A stretch of DNA of 62,435 nt from positions 1-62,435 of the forward strand of contig JACRPT010000037.1 in NCBI GenBank assembly GCA_016223045.1, given 5' to 3'. Positions 8,042 to 17,081 of the stretch are shown one piece after another; within the stretch, counting starts at the first letter, position 1, and every line of letters starts with the position of its first letter. The position numbers and the translations under genes were made by a program. A model generated the notes under the pieces. It had not been told where the DNA came from. It was given only the letters and a program-made list of their open reading frames with translations, and did not search any database. This DNA is from Candidatus Eiseniibacteriota bacterium. Its GTDB lineage: Bacteria > Eisenbacteria > RBG-16-71-46.

Positions 8042-9895
8042 ATGCCGAAGCCCCACCGCGTGACGCGCGTGACGCGCCCGGACGCCCGCGCCCGGACCGC
8101 GCCCCGCGTCCCGTCCGCGGGCGGGGGACGCGCGCGGCTGTGGCTGGCGCTCGGCGCGCTGGCGCTGGTCGCGCTCTTCGTGGCGGCGCGCACGCCCACG
8201 CTGGGCATGGCGGTGGCGGACGACTACACGTTCCTCGAGCGCCTGCGCTTCCAGCACCCGCTCGATCCCTTCGACTCGATGGGCGCCGCGTTCTACTGGC
8301 GTCCGGTGAGCCGCCAGCTCTACTTCTCGCTGGTGGGGCCGTGGCTGCTCTCCGCGCCCTGGGCGGCCGCGGCCCTGCACGCGCTGCTGCTGCTGGCGCT
8401 CTACGCCGTGCTGTGGCGCATCGCGCGGCGTGGCTTCCCGCCCGGCGTCGCCGCCGCGGTCGCCGCGTTCCCGCTGCTCTCCGAGCCGGCGCGCGTGCTG
8501 CTGGCGTGGCCGAGCGCGGGCCAGCACGTGCTGGCCATGCTGTTCGCCGCGCTGGCGGTGGAGCGGGCGCTGGCCGGGCGCCGGCTCCACGCCGCGCTCG
8601 TCGCGCTGCTCGCGCTCCTCAGCCACGAGACCGCGGCGGTGGTGCTGCCGGTGCTCCCGTTCGTGACGTGGGTGCGCGCGCGCGAGCTGCGCGCGGGGCT
8701 GGTCTCGCTCGGCGGCGTGCTCGTGGTCGCCGCGCTGTGGGGCGCGGGCTACGCGGCCGCGCTGCACCACGGCGTGAAGCTCCCGGGTGACACCTACACC
8801 GTGTCCCCGCTGGCGGGCCTGCTGCCGGTGCTCGCGCGCGGACTCACCGCACAACTCGACCTCGAAGACGCCAGCCCCGCGGTGCGCGACACCGCGGTCC
8901 TGCTCTACGGCGCGCTCGCGCTGCTCGCCCTGGGCCTGGCTGCCGGGCGCCGGGCACGCGCGCGGCTCGCCGCCGCGGCCCCCGCGCTGCTGGGCGGCGC
9001 CGCGTGGTTCCTGGCCACGCTGGCGCCGCTCGCGCTGGTGTTCCCCGACTGGAACGCGTGGCGCACCTCGGTGGCTTCGCTCGGGCTCGCGGTCGCGCTC
9101 GCCGGCACGCTCGGGCTGGTGCGCCCGTGGCTCGCGGGGGTGTTCACCGCCGTGCGCCTGGCGGCGCTGCTCGCCGCGCCGGCCGCACCCGCGGTCGTCG
9201 AGATGGCCGTGCCGCTCACCACGTCCGACTTCTCCTTCGTGCGCATCGTGCGGCTGCAGCGCACGGTCGAGTCGGCGCGGCGGGTCATGCTCGCACGCCA
9301 TCCCGTGCTGCCGCGCGCCGCGCAGCTGCGCTTCTGGCAGCAGCCGCGCCTCGCCGAGGTCGGGTTCCAGTCGCTGCGTGCGGCGCGCGTGTGGTATCGC
9401 GACTCCGCGCTCGACTGGCACGCATTCGGCGGCAAGCGGGGGCTCCACCAACGCCCGGACGCCCTCGTGGAGTTCGAGATCCGGCGTCCGTGGCCCGCCG
9501 TCGTCATCGAACCGGCGGCGCTGCTCTCCTACCTCGCCGCCTCCGACAGCATGATCGCAGGGAACCTGCGCGCCGCCGACTCGCTCATGCTGGCGGCGTG
9601 GCGCGTCCAGCCCGGCGACACGCTCATCTTCCACGGGATCCTCGCGCTCAACCGGGCGCGGCTGGCCTGGGACCTGCGCGATTTCGCCCGGGCCGACTCG
9701 CTCAACCAGTGGGGCCAGAGGTACCAGGGCGAGAGCAGCGGCTACTGGGCGATGAGCGCGCGCTTCGCGCTGCTGCGCGGCGACCGCGGCGCCGCCGATG
9801 TCGCGGTGCGGCGCTGCCTGACGATCGACCCCGCCGACGAGGACGGCCTGCTGCTCCAGCGCGCCTACGGCCTCGCGGGCGGCGCTCGCCCGTGA
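8042..9895 (+). CDS. Polytopic membrane protein with a C-terminal helical-repeat (TPR-like) region; possibly a GT-C-type glycosyltransferase
   Basis: GGGAG lies before ATG 8042. Many hydrophobic segments. An acidic ADDY loop follows the first TM segment. The soluble C-terminal ~150 aa are helical. Confidence 0.55.
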   Translation: MPKPHRVTRVTRPDARARTAPRVPSAGGGRARLWLALGALALVALFVAARTPTLGMAVADDYTFLERLRFQHPLDPFDSMGAAFYWRPVSRQLYFSLVGPWLLSAPWAAAALHALLLLALYAVLWRIARRGFPPGVAAAVAAFPLLSEPARVLLAWPSAGQHVLAMLFAALAVERALAGRRLHAALVALLALLSHETAAVVLPVLPFVTWVRARELRAGLVSLGGVLVVAALWGAGYAAALHHGVKLPGDTYTVSPLAGLLPVLARGLTAQLDLEDASPAVRDTAVLLYGALALLALGLAAGRRARARLAAAAPALLGGAAWFLATLAPLALVFPDWNAWRTSVASLGLAVALAGTLGLVRPWLAGVFTAVRLAALLAAPAAPAVVEMAVPLTTSDFSFVRIVRLQRTVESARRVMLARHPVLPRAAQLRFWQQPRLAEVGFQSLRAARVWYRDSALDWHAFGGKRGLHQRPDALVEFEIRRPWPAVVIEPAALLSYLAASDSMIAGNLRAADSLMLAAWRVQPGDTLIFHGILALNRARLAWDLRDFARADSLNQWGQRYQGESSGYWAMSARFALLRGDRGAADVAVRRCLTIDPADEDGLLLQRAYGLAGGARP

Positions 9896-10109
9896 GCGCC
9901 GCGGGGCTGGGCGTGGGCCGCGCGACGGCGCCTTCGGTGCGACGGCAGGCCTCTGCCATGGAGAGAGGGGCGCGATGGCCGGGACCAGGACGAGCCGACC
10001 CTGCGGCGCCCGCTCCACGGCGCCCGGGCTGGACCGCGCCGCGGGGCGCCACTAGACTGCCGCGCCGGCCGCAGCAGAGAGTACCTGACGCGTGATCCCG
10101 GGGGACGCC

Positions 10110-10571
10110 ATGCTCCACCTCTGGAAGTTCGTGCACCTGTTCTTCGCCTTCAGCTTCGTCGGCAGCCTGGTGGTGGCAGAATGGAACGGCCGCGCCGCGC
10201 GCGCCACCGACGACTGGCGCCAGCGCGCCATGCTGTGGGGCATCGTGCGGCTCGCGAGCCGCGTGGCCGGCGTGGGCGCGCTCGTGCTGCTCGGCATCTT
10301 CGGCAACCTGCTGGCGACCGCGGCCGGGTACGCGATGGCCGGCGTGTGGCTGCGCTGGGTAAACATCGTGTGGGTGGCGGGCGTCGCGCTCATGGCTTTC
10401 GTGGCGCTGCCGGCCGCGAACCGGCTGGCCGCGCTCTCGGCGGCCGCGGCCGCCAGCGGCAGCTCCGAGGGCTACGACCGGGCGCTCGGGCGCTGGCGCT
10501 TCGCGAACCTGCTCCTGAGCCTGTTCTACCTGGCGATGCTCGGGCTCATGGTGTTCCGCCCGACGCCCTGA
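10110..10571 (+). CDS. Small integral membrane protein, DUF2269-like
   Basis: MLHLWKFVHLFFAFSFVGSLVV... with four hydrophobic segments. ATG 10110 is preferred over GTG 10092. Confidence 0.55.
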   Translation: MLHLWKFVHLFFAFSFVGSLVVAEWNGRAARATDDWRQRAMLWGIVRLASRVAGVGALVLLGIFGNLLATAAGYAMAGVWLRWVNIVWVAGVALMAFVALPAANRLAALSAAAAASGSSEGYDRALGRWRFANLLLSLFYLAMLGLMVFRPTP

Positions 10572-10897
10572 CGCCGGGGCCGGCGGCCGGCGCTGCGGGC
10601 GCGCCGGGCGCGAGCCGTGTGGTGCGAGGTGCGGACACGCCGGCAGCCGCGCGCCCGGCACACTGGCGGCCCGGCTCGACCCCGCGCGGCGCGTCGCCGC
10701 GTGGGTCGAAAGCACCCCGCGCGCTCCGGGATTTCCGCTTGGCCGCGGCCGCGCCCGGTGCGAAACTGTCCCAGCCTGAGCGGGCGCGTGCCCGGTCCTC
10801 TGCTCGCGTCGGACCGGCAGCGCGTCCGCGACCCACTCCCACACCACGGCACTGGCGAGGTCCGGCGCCCCGCCAGCCGGGACAAGGAACCGTCTCC

Positions 10898-13489
10898 ATG
10901 ACCACGCGCACTTTCCGCAACGCATCGCTGGCGGGCGTGCTCGCCCTCGCGCTCATGGCCTCTCTGCCCGTCGCGACCCGCGCGGCGCAGGGGCCCACCT
11001 CCACGGACGGACCGCAGGCCGCACACGTGGCCCGGCTCAAGCGGCTCCAGCAGCACCTGCTCATGAAGGGCGCGAGCGGGCGGATCGAGCAGGCCCGCAG
11101 GCTGCTCCGGCTGCGCAACGCCGGTCTGATGAGCCCGAAGGGAAGCGGGCGCGGGCAGCCGCGCGATCGCGGAGAGGGCGGCGGCACGCAGGGCGGGACC
11201 GCGGGAGCGCGCAGCGGAGACGGGCTTCCGCCCGCGGCGCTGCAGGCGCTCGGCGCCAACGTGCGCGCCAACAACCCGGCGGGCGACGCGGCCAACGCCG
11301 GGCAGGCCGAGCAGTCCATCGCGGTGGACGGCCTGAACGTGCTGGTGGCCTGGAACGACGGACAGGGCTTCGTGAGCGGCGGCGACACCCAGGGCTACGG
11401 CTACTCCACCGACGGTGGCGCCACCTTCACCGACGGCGGCGTGCCGCCCAAGCCCGGGGCCTACCCGAGCTTCGTCTGGACCAGCGACCCGATCGTCACG
11501 GTGAACGAGAAGACCCACGAGTTCTGGTTCTGCGCCATGGCCAGCCCCACCGCGACCACCAACGGCGTGGCGGTGGTCAAGGCGACGTTCCCGGGCGGCG
11601 TCCTCACCTGGGGCACGCCGGTCGTCATACGCAATTTCAGCAACGCGAGCGCGTTCCTGGACAAGCCGTGGATCGTCGCCGACTCGACGGCCAACCGGCT
11701 CTACCTGAGCTACACCGTGTTCGGCACGATGGACACCATCGTGTTCCAGCGCTCCGCGGTGGGCGGCGCGACCTGGCCGGACAACCCGATCAAGCTCTCG
11801 GCCAACGCCGACGCCGGCTACGTGCAGGGCTCGCGCCCGGCCACGGGGCCGAACGGCGAGGTCTACGTGGTCTGGTACACCATCGGGCAGACCGCCTCGG
11901 GCCAGGACTACTTCAACGTCCGCCGCTCGCTCGACAGCGGCGCCAGCTTCGGCGGCCAGGCCACCGTCGCCTCGGTCTACTCGACCTTCGGCAACGGCGC
12001 GCCCGGCTTCAACCGCGAGAACGGGATCACCTTCCCCTCGATCGCGGTGGACCGCTCGACCGGGGCGTACCGCGGCCGGATCTACGTGGGCTGGAACGAG
12101 GGCATTGATTTCTACGACGACAACCTCGGCACGCTGCCCACGGTGAACGAGAGCGAGGGGAACGATACGCCCGCCACCGCCGACCCCATCACCTTCGGCG
12201 CGGGGGTGCGCGGCACCATCGGCAGCGGCGCCGATCTCGACTACTTCAGCTTCAGCGCGACCGCGGGACAGACCGTGATCGTCTACGCCGACACCGTGGC
12301 GGGTGCGCTCGACATGTCGCTGCGGCTGTTCTGCACCGACGGCCTGACGCGGCTGGCCTACTCGGCGCCGGGCCCGGGGCTCAACAACCTGTACGTCTTC
12401 ACCATCCCGGTGACCGGCACCTACTACATCCGCTGCGCCTCGTTCAGCAGCACCACCGGCTCCTACAAGCTCGTCACCGGCTTCGACGTGCCGACGCCGG
12501 GCGAGCGCGCGCGCGATCACCGCGACGGGTTCGTGGCCTACTCGGGCGACGGCCTGATCTGGTCCACGCCGGTGCTCGCGGCCACCAGCCCGGCCAACTA
12601 CGACGACTGGCTGCCCGAGGTGGCGGTGCTCACCAACGGCCCCACCGGGTTCATCCCGGGCCGGGCGTTCTTCCTGTGGTACGACTGGCGCGACTCCCCG
12701 GCCGGCAACTGCGGCGGCCTGTCGCACGTCTACCTGACGCGCTCGGACGACGGCGGCGCGAGCTGGAGCTCGCTCGGCGCCGTGACCGACGTGCAGACCA
12801 ACTGGACCAGCGTCTCGAGCAACATCGCGCCGAACCAGGGCGACTACCTCGCGCTGTTCGCGAACGGCGCCGGCGTCTACGCGGCGTGGGCCGACGGCCG
12901 CAACCTCAACCCGGACGTCTACACTTCGTCGCTCTCGGCGCCCACGCCGACCCAGGTGGCGCTGGCGAGCGCGCAGGCCACGCCCGACCACGTGACCCTC
13001 ACCTGGTTCGCCGGCGCGCGGCAGGGCTTCACGGCCACGGTCGAGCGCGCGGAGACCGAGGGCGCGTGGACCGCGCGCGGCACGGTGTCGGCCGACGGCA
13101 CCGGGATGCTGACCTGGACCGACGTCGCGGTGACGCCGGGCGCGCGCTACGCCTACCGGCTGGCGTGGGACGAGGGCGGCGCCACGCGCGCCACGCCCGC
13201 GACCTGGGTCGAGGTCCCGGTGGCGCCGCGCTTCGCGCTCGCCGGCGCGCGGCCCAACCCGGCGACGGGCGGCGCGCTCTACGTGTCGTTCTCGCTGCCC
13301 GACGCCGCGCCCGCGACCCTCGAGCTGCTCGACGTGAGCGGCCGGCGTCTGCGGACGCGGGAGGTCGGCGCGGCGGGCGGCCAGGTCGTGAACCTGGGCG
13401 CGGGCCTCGGGCTCGAGCCGGGGCTCTACCTGGTGCGGCTGACGCAGGGAGGGCGCGCGCTCACGGCGCGCGTCACCGTCGTCCGATGA
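10898..13489 (+). CDS. Secreted BNR/sialidase-like beta-propeller protein with a PPC (pre-peptidase C-terminal) domain and a T9SS-type C-terminal domain
   Basis: Signal peptide MTTRTFRNASLAGVLALALMASLPVATRAAQG. Asp-box-like STDGGATF and SDDGGASW. PPC-like NESEGNDTPATADP...DLDYFSFSATAGQTV. C-terminus ...GLYLVRLTQGGRALTARVTVVR. Paralog of 17082..19772. Confidence 0.75.
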   Translation: MTTRTFRNASLAGVLALALMASLPVATRAAQGPTSTDGPQAAHVARLKRLQQHLLMKGASGRIEQARRLLRLRNAGLMSPKGSGRGQPRDRGEGGGTQGGTAGARSGDGLPPAALQALGANVRANNPAGDAANAGQAEQSIAVDGLNVLVAWNDGQGFVSGGDTQGYGYSTDGGATFTDGGVPPKPGAYPSFVWTSDPIVTVNEKTHEFWFCAMASPTATTNGVAVVKATFPGGVLTWGTPVVIRNFSNASAFLDKPWIVADSTANRLYLSYTVFGTMDTIVFQRSAVGGATWPDNPIKLSANADAGYVQGSRPATGPNGEVYVVWYTIGQTASGQDYFNVRRSLDSGASFGGQATVASVYSTFGNGAPGFNRENGITFPSIAVDRSTGAYRGRIYVGWNEGIDFYDDNLGTLPTVNESEGNDTPATADPITFGAGVRGTIGSGADLDYFSFSATAGQTVIVYADTVAGALDMSLRLFCTDGLTRLAYSAPGPGLNNLYVFTIPVTGTYYIRCASFSSTTGSYKLVTGFDVPTPGERARDHRDGFVAYSGDGLIWSTPVLAATSPANYDDWLPEVAVLTNGPTGFIPGRAFFLWYDWRDSPAGNCGGLSHVYLTRSDDGGASWSSLGAVTDVQTNWTSVSSNIAPNQGDYLALFANGAGVYAAWADGRNLNPDVYTSSLSAPTPTQVALASAQATPDHVTLTWFAGARQGFTATVERAETEGAWTARGTVSADGTGMLTWTDVAVTPGARYAYRLAWDEGGATRATPATWVEVPVAPRFALAGARPNPATGGALYVSFSLPDAAPATLELLDVSGRRLRTREVGAAGGQVVNLGAGLGLEPGLYLVRLTQGGRALTARVTVVR

Positions 13490-13508
13490 AACGGGCCCGC
13501 GAGGTCAC

Positions 13509-16500
13509 GTGAGACAGGTCATCGCGCTCCCGCTCCTCATCCTTGGATTGCTCGGCACGAGCGCGCTGGCACAGACGCAGTCCGATAGGATCTTCACCCG
13601 CACGGCCGCCCCGGCGCGCGCCGCCTCCCGGCGCGCGCCGCGGGCGGCCGCGTTCGTCTCCGTGGACCGCGCGGCGGTCCGGCGCTTCCGGCTGGCCGGC
13701 GGCGGCAGGCTCGCCGTGCCGCTCGCCGACGGCAGCGATGCGGTGCTCACCCTCGAGCGCTTCGAGGTGTTCGCGCCGGGCGCGCAGATCGTCGCCGGCG
13801 CGCGCGGCGGCGACCTGCCGCTCGCGACCGACCTCACGCTCTTCAAGGGCACGGTCGAGGGCGCGCCCGGCTCGTGGGCGGTGCTCTCGATGTCGGGCGG
13901 CGAGGTGCTGGGCACCATCGAGCGCGGGGACGCGCGCTTCTCGATCGCCCCCGCCGCAGGCGCGGGCGGCGACCACGTGGTGCTGGCCGACGACGGGGAG
14001 CGCCCCGCCGGCGCCGCGCCCTTCACCTGCGCGGCCGAGGACCTGCCGCGCGTCACCTCCGGGCCCCGGGCCCGGCTGGCGCCGCTGCCCGCCGACGTGC
14101 AGGTCACGCTCACGCGCCTGGTGTCCGACGTGGCGGTGGAGTGCGACTACGAGTTCTTCCACGTCAAGTTCGCGGACGACACCACGCGCGCGCTCAACTA
14201 CATCACCACGGTGATGGGCACGGTCTCGGCGATCTACGAGCGCGACATCAACGTCACGCTGCGCGTGCCCTACCTGTACCTGTGGACCGCGTCGGACCCG
14301 TACACCGGGAGCACGACGAGCGCGCGGCTCGACGAGTTCCAGGCGTACTGGAACGCCAACCGCACCGGCGTCTCGCGCACCCTCGCCCACCACGTCTCGG
14401 GCAACCCGCTGGGCGGCGGCATCGCGTACCTGAACGTGCTGTGCAACAGCTCGTACGGCTACGGCGTGAGCGCCATCGACGCGAGCTACAGCTATCCGAC
14501 CAACACCACGACCTGGGACGTCAACGTCATCGCCCACGAGATCGGCCACAACTTCAGCTCGTACCACACGCACAACTGCTGGTGGGGCTACAACGGCTAC
14601 GCGCCGCCGGGCGGCATGCTCGACTCGTGCTATGCCTCGGAGGGCGGCTGCTACGGCGGACCGAACAGGCTCCCGCCCGACAAGGGCACCATCATGAGCT
14701 ACTGCCACCTGCTCGGGAACATCGCGGGCACGATACGGCTGGACTTCCACAACGCGTGCAAGACGGTGATGCGCCAGGCCTCGGAGGCCTCGTGCATGGC
14801 GGCCGCCGTGGTACAGCCGCCGCGCAACCTCGCGGTCGCGGTGGCGGGCGCGGCCCACCTGACCTGGACCGCGAGCCCCACGGCGGGCGTGATCCGCTAC
14901 GACGTCCACCGCAGCTCGGTGCAGCTCGACCTGAACCCGGCGCTGCTCGGCTCCACCACGGGCACGGACTGGACCGACGCCGACCTCGGCACGTTCTACT
15001 ACAAGGTGCGCGCGGTGCGGGCCGCGGACCAGTCGGAGTTCTCGGGCGAGGTGAAGGCGGCGGTGTGCGCGCCCGCGGCCGCGGTGGCGTACAACTCCGA
15101 CGTCCAGCCCCTGGCGGTGGTGCCCGGCGACTTCGACGAGGACGGCATCACCGACCTCGCCGTGGCGAACTACGGCAGCGACGACGTCTCGATCCTGCGC
15201 GGCCAGGGCGCGGGCGGCGTCGGCAACGGGACCTTCGCGGCACCCGTGAACGTGGGCGTGCCGGCGGGCTCGTACCCGCGCACGCTCGCCACCGGCGACT
15301 TCAACAGCGACGGCATCGCCGACCTGGTGGTGGCGGAGGAACAGACCTCGGTGCTCTCGATCCTGACCGGCCAGGGCGCGGGCGGCGTCGGCAACGGCAG
15401 CTTCGCCGCGGGCGCGACGTTCGCGGTGGACCAGGCCCCCTGGGCGCTCGCGGTCGGCGACTTCAACGAGGACGGCATCCAGGACATCGCCGCGGTGTGC
15501 GCGATCGGCACGCTCGACATCCTGCTCGGCCAGGGCACGGCCGGCGCCGGCAACGGCACGTTCGCCGCCAAGGTCGCCTACAGCGCCGGCAGCGGCGCGC
15601 ACGGGCTGGCGCTCGGCGACTTCAACCACGACGGGGTCACCGACATCGCGGTGTGCGTGAGCGCCGGCGCGAAGATCTACCCGGGCCAGGGCGCGGGCGG
15701 CCGCGGCGACGGCACCTTCGCCGCGCCGGTCACCTACGCGGCGGGGAGCCTGCCGTCGAGCATCGCCGCCGGGGATTTCAACGGCGACCTCATTACCGAT
15801 CTCGCGGTCGCGAACCAGAGCAGCGGGAACATCTCCATCCTGCTCGGGCAGGGCGCGGGCGGCGTGGGCGACGGCACCTTCGCCGCGGCCGTGAACTACC
15901 CGTGCGGCGCGAACCCCTATGCCGTCTCGGTCGCCGACTGGAGCCAGGACGGCATCGCGGACCTGGCGGTCGTGAACAACACCAGCGCCACGCTCTCGAC
16001 CCTGACCGGCCGGGGCGGCGGCGGCGTGGGCGACGGCACGTTCGGCGACCCGCAGGCCTTCGCCGCGGGCACCTCGCCGCGCGCGCTGGCGATCGCCGAC
16101 TTCGACGAGGACGGCGCGCCCGATCTCGCCGTGGCGAACACGCTCCTGTCGGGCAAGGCCTCGGTGCTCCGGGCCAGCTGCGTCGGCGCGCTCTCCAGCG
16201 CGGTGGCCGTGACTTCTCCCAACGGCGGGGAGAGCTGGATCTCGGAGAGCGAGCACGCCGTCACCTGGACGAAGGGACCCGGCGTCACCGCCGTGAACCT
16301 CGAGATCTCGCGCGACGGCGGCGCCAACGCGCAGACCATCGCCACCAACCTGGCCGGCACGAGCTGGACCTGGACCGTGGCCGAGCCCTACACCACGCAG
16401 GCCCGCATCCGCGCCTACGACCCGGCGGTGCCGAACCACGGCGACTGGAGCGATTCGAGCTTCACCATCATCCCGGTGTCGGCGCTCGACGCGCCGCGCG

Positions 16501-16775
16501 CGGAACGCGCGGGGCTGGCGCTGGCGGGGCTCAGGCCCAACCCGGCGCGCGAGGCCCTGTCGGTCTCCCTGTCGGTTCTTCCGGGCGCGCCCGCCACGCT
16601 GGAGCTGCTCGATCTCGCCGGCCGGCGCGTACGCGCGCTCGACCTCGGCGTGCGCGGTCCGGGCTTCCACACGGTCGAGCTCGCCGGTCTCGGGACGCTC
16701 CGGCCCGGCGTGTATCTGGTGCGGCTCACGCAGTCGGGCCGCTCGCTCACCGCGAAAGCGGCGATCGTGCGGTGA
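13509..16775 (+). CDS. Secreted metzincin (reprolysin/M12B-like) zinc metalloprotease with seven FG-GAP/VCBS-type repeats and a T9SS-type C-terminal domain
   Basis: Signal peptide MRQVIALPLLILGLLGTSALAQ. Zinc motif HEIGHNFSSYH. Seven GDF(D/N)xDGxxDLAV repeats. C-terminus ...GVYLVRLTQSGRSLTAKAAIVR. Confidence 0.85.
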   Translation: MRQVIALPLLILGLLGTSALAQTQSDRIFTRTAAPARAASRRAPRAAAFVSVDRAAVRRFRLAGGGRLAVPLADGSDAVLTLERFEVFAPGAQIVAGARGGDLPLATDLTLFKGTVEGAPGSWAVLSMSGGEVLGTIERGDARFSIAPAAGAGGDHVVLADDGERPAGAAPFTCAAEDLPRVTSGPRARLAPLPADVQVTLTRLVSDVAVECDYEFFHVKFADDTTRALNYITTVMGTVSAIYERDINVTLRVPYLYLWTASDPYTGSTTSARLDEFQAYWNANRTGVSRTLAHHVSGNPLGGGIAYLNVLCNSSYGYGVSAIDASYSYPTNTTTWDVNVIAHEIGHNFSSYHTHNCWWGYNGYAPPGGMLDSCYASEGGCYGGPNRLPPDKGTIMSYCHLLGNIAGTIRLDFHNACKTVMRQASEASCMAAAVVQPPRNLAVAVAGAAHLTWTASPTAGVIRYDVHRSSVQLDLNPALLGSTTGTDWTDADLGTFYYKVRAVRAADQSEFSGEVKAAVCAPAAAVAYNSDVQPLAVVPGDFDEDGITDLAVANYGSDDVSILRGQGAGGVGNGTFAAPVNVGVPAGSYPRTLATGDFNSDGIADLVVAEEQTSVLSILTGQGAGGVGNGSFAAGATFAVDQAPWALAVGDFNEDGIQDIAAVCAIGTLDILLGQGTAGAGNGTFAAKVAYSAGSGAHGLALGDFNHDGVTDIAVCVSAGAKIYPGQGAGGRGDGTFAAPVTYAAGSLPSSIAAGDFNGDLITDLAVANQSSGNISILLGQGAGGVGDGTFAAAVNYPCGANPYAVSVADWSQDGIADLAVVNNTSATLSTLTGRGGGGVGDGTFGDPQAFAAGTSPRALAIADFDEDGAPDLAVANTLLSGKASVLRASCVGALSSAVAVTSPNGGESWISESEHAVTWTKGPGVTAVNLEISRDGGANAQTIATNLAGTSWTWTVAEPYTTQARIRAYDPAVPNHGDWSDSSFTIIPVSALDAPRAERAGLALAGLRPNPAREALSVSLSVLPGAPATLELLDLAGRRVRALDLGVRGPGFHTVELAGLGTLRPGVYLVRLTQSGRSLTAKAAIVR

Positions 16776-16781
16776 CCCGGC

Positions 16782-16802
16782 GCCCCGCGTTCGGCGCGGG
16801 GC
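16782..16802 (+). terminator. GC hairpin directly after the protease stop codon (8-bp stem, 5-nt loop), with no U-tract
   Basis: GCCCCGCG-ttcgg-CGCGGGGC, 7 nt after TGA 16773-16775. Confidence 0.35.
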
Positions 16803-16914
16803 ATCGCCCGACCGTGACCCGGGCCCGGTTCCAGCCGCTTCGCGCCCCGCGCGCGGGGCGACCTGCGCGCAGCGCCGGGGAGATCCCCGCCGTGCCCGGC
16901 GGCGCCCCGCGGGG

Positions 16915-16941
16915 GGTCACCGTGCAGGACGCACGGTGACC
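16915..16941. other. Perfect 11-bp inverted repeat with a 5-nt loop in an intergenic region
   Basis: GGTCACCGTGC-aggac-GCACGGTGACC. It lies between the protease gene and the second BNR/PPC gene. Confidence 0.4.
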
Positions 16942-17081
16942 GCCACCGCTTCCTGCCGCGAGGCGCGTCGTCGCCGCGATTCGCGCGCTCCGTCGCTGGC
17001 CCCGGGATTGCGAGTCCGTGTAGAATCATCGCCGGACTTCTCGCGTCGCTCCGTTCCCACTCCAGCTCGGGAGGTTTCCTC

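Noticed and set aside
6331-8790. 819-aa plus-strand ORF overlapping the GT51 and membrane-protein genes out of frame
   Set aside because: Extreme Arg/Ala/Pro composition, no motifs, and it crosses a real gene boundary. It is an alternative-frame artefact.
10052-10062. Shared 11-mer CTAGACTGCCG (also at 52036-52046), and a loose TGGNCC-N17-TAGANT pattern upstream of several genes (10030-10058, 17021-17026, 52014-52042), as a lineage-specific promoter motif
   Set aside because: Chance 11-mer matches are expected many times over in a 62-kb window compared with itself. The -35-like parts are weak and variable. I kept only the individual better-matching promoter candidates.
13473-16670. 1065-aa ORF on the minus strand (and similar long antisense ORFs at 16917..19859, 10526..12991, 27334..30099, 42343..44580, 36016..37536)
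   Set aside because: Their products are Arg/Ala/Gly/Pro-rich low-complexity sequence without motifs. They lie exactly antisense to plus-strand ORFs that carry clear catalytic motifs, signal peptides and SD sequences. Very GC-rich DNA has few stop codons in any frame.
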